24,000 bases of DNA from Pseudochrobactrum asaccharolyticum (GTDB lineage: Bacteria > Pseudomonadota > Alphaproteobacteria > Rhizobiales > Rhizobiaceae). The stretch lies in contig NZ_QNRH01000001.1 in NCBI RefSeq assembly GCF_003314995.1, forward strand, positions 659,436 to 683,435, given 5' to 3'. A program made the translations under genes and the position numbers. The notes under the pieces are model-generated. The model searched no databases, had not been told where the DNA came from, and saw only the letters and a program-made list of their open reading frames with translations. Within the stretch, counting starts at the first letter, position 1. Each line of letters begins with the position of its first letter. This document shows, piece after piece, positions 23,135-24,000 of this stretch.

Positions 23135-24000
23135 TACGCGGCTCCTTTACGCAGAGCAGGGCGTACAAAGCGACCGGAACCCGGTTCAGCTGTGACCACA
23201 CCTTCAGCCATGGCGCATTCACCGCGCACAAATGTATGGGTGATGCGGAACGGCAGTGTGATGCCGTCATAAGGGCTCCAGCCGACGATGTTATTGCCGC
23301 TTTCTGCCGCCTTGTAAGTGTATGGATCACGGCGTGCCAGCACGATATCCGCATCAAGACCGGCACCGAGCGCACCTTTGGTCTGACCGAGGCGGAACAG
23401 ATTGGCCGGATTATGTGCCAGCAGACGGGCGGCATGGCTGAGCGACAAACCGCGCTCATCCAGACCTTTGAGCAGCAGCGCATAGAGCGCCTCCAGCCCC
23501 GGAACACCGGATGCGTTTTTCAGCATGTTTTCATCGTTTTTGCGATCAAGCGACCAGCTCACATGATCGGTGGAAACAATGCTCACGTTACCGGCGGCCA
23601 GTTGCTGCCAGATGGCTTCACGCTCGGCGCGGTTGCGTACCGGCGGGTTGATCTTAGCGCGGCCGATCAGACGGCTGACATCATCTTCTTCACACAAGGT
23701 CAGATAGTGGATGCAGGCTTCAACTGTTGCGGCATAGCCCTGTGCACGGTAGCCTGCTGCCAGTTCATAGCCACGGCCAACGGAGCAATGCACCACATGG
23801 GTGGCGCAACCGCTCATGGCGCCGATCTCATAGACTTCTGCCATCGCCAGCGTTTCAGTTACCGGCGGGCGGCTCATGCTATGGGTCAGATAATCGGTGC
23901 GGCCGCTTTTCTCGACCTGATCGATGTAATAGCGCACCATTTCATCATTTTCATTATGAATACCGGCAATCAGACCATGACGGGCAATGGCCGAGAAGCA
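23134..24000 (-). CDS. Cyclic amidohydrolase (allantoinase / dihydropyrimidinase / hydantoinase family), C-terminal ~288 codons (partial; continues past the right edge)
   Basis: The track lists 23134-23940 from an internal Met, but the frame stays open to nt 24000. My translation upstream of that Met reads CFSAIARHGLIAGIHNENDE-MVRYY... The blocks IHNEND, THVVHCS, HYLTL, STDHVSW (metal-binding Asp region) and GADADIV match the allantoinase/hydantoinase fold. Confidence 0.85.
   Translation of the reverse strand, partial: CFSAIARHGLIAGIHNENDEMVRYYIDQVEKSGRTDYLTHSMSRPPVTETLAMAEVYEIGAMSGCATHVVHCSVGRGYELAAGYRAQGYAATVEACIHYLTLCEEDDVSRLIGRAKINPPVRNRAEREAIWQQLAAGNVSIVSTDHVSWSLDRKNDENMLKNASGVPGLEALYALLLKGLDERGLSLSHAARLLAHNPANLFRLGQTKGALGAGLDADIVLARRDPYTYKAAESGNNIVGWSPYDGITLPFRITHTFVRGECAMAEGVVTAEPGSGRFVRPALRKGAA

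Noticed and set aside
1-24000. Search for tRNA/rRNA genes, CRISPR arrays, IS elements, integrases, toxin-antitoxin or defence-system genes
   Set aside because: I found no repeat-spacer periodicity, no tRNA-like T-arm motifs, and no transposase, integrase or nuclease-type ORFs. Every large ORF is accounted for by transport, regulatory or metabolic families.

Overview
Gene-dense chromosomal segment with 19 CDS, two of them cut by the window edges. GC is roughly 50-55% by eye. The gene families and operator-like motifs best fit an alphaproteobacterium of the Rhizobiales type, but this is inference only.

Left to right:
- 5' end of a malic-enzyme gene (-).
- A YcjG-like dipeptide epimerase (-).
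- A four-gene Mla/MCE-type ABC system (+): STAS-fused MlaE permease, MlaF ATPase, MlaD/MCE protein, DUF330 lipoprotein.
- An SLC13/DASS permease with two TrkA-C domains (+).
- An iron/haem cluster: a SIP-type reductase with an extra N-terminal domain, a TonB-dependent haem receptor, and a divergent HmuT-like binding protein. No permease, ATPase or haem-degrading gene is present.
- A divergent TetR / DHA2-MFS pair.
- A BASS-family symporter.
- An MHS-family (ProP/KgtP-like) MFS symporter, divergent from an unusual ~603-aa tandem (double) LysR-type regulator.
- Convergent with that regulator, a tightly coupled minus-strand operon: cyclic amidohydrolase -> M20 carbamoylase -> DUF917 -> divergent urocanase paralogue.

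The last operon is the most interesting element. It lacks the other classical hut genes. It matches steps 2-5 of a thiohydantoin/hydantoin route for a modified histidine (ergothioneine-type catabolism). The urocanase paralogue also departs from canonical urocanase motifs.

I saw no rRNA, tRNA, CRISPR, IS/transposase, integrase or phage genes. All motif and hairpin coordinates were counted by hand, and all family assignments come from reading the translations without any database search.
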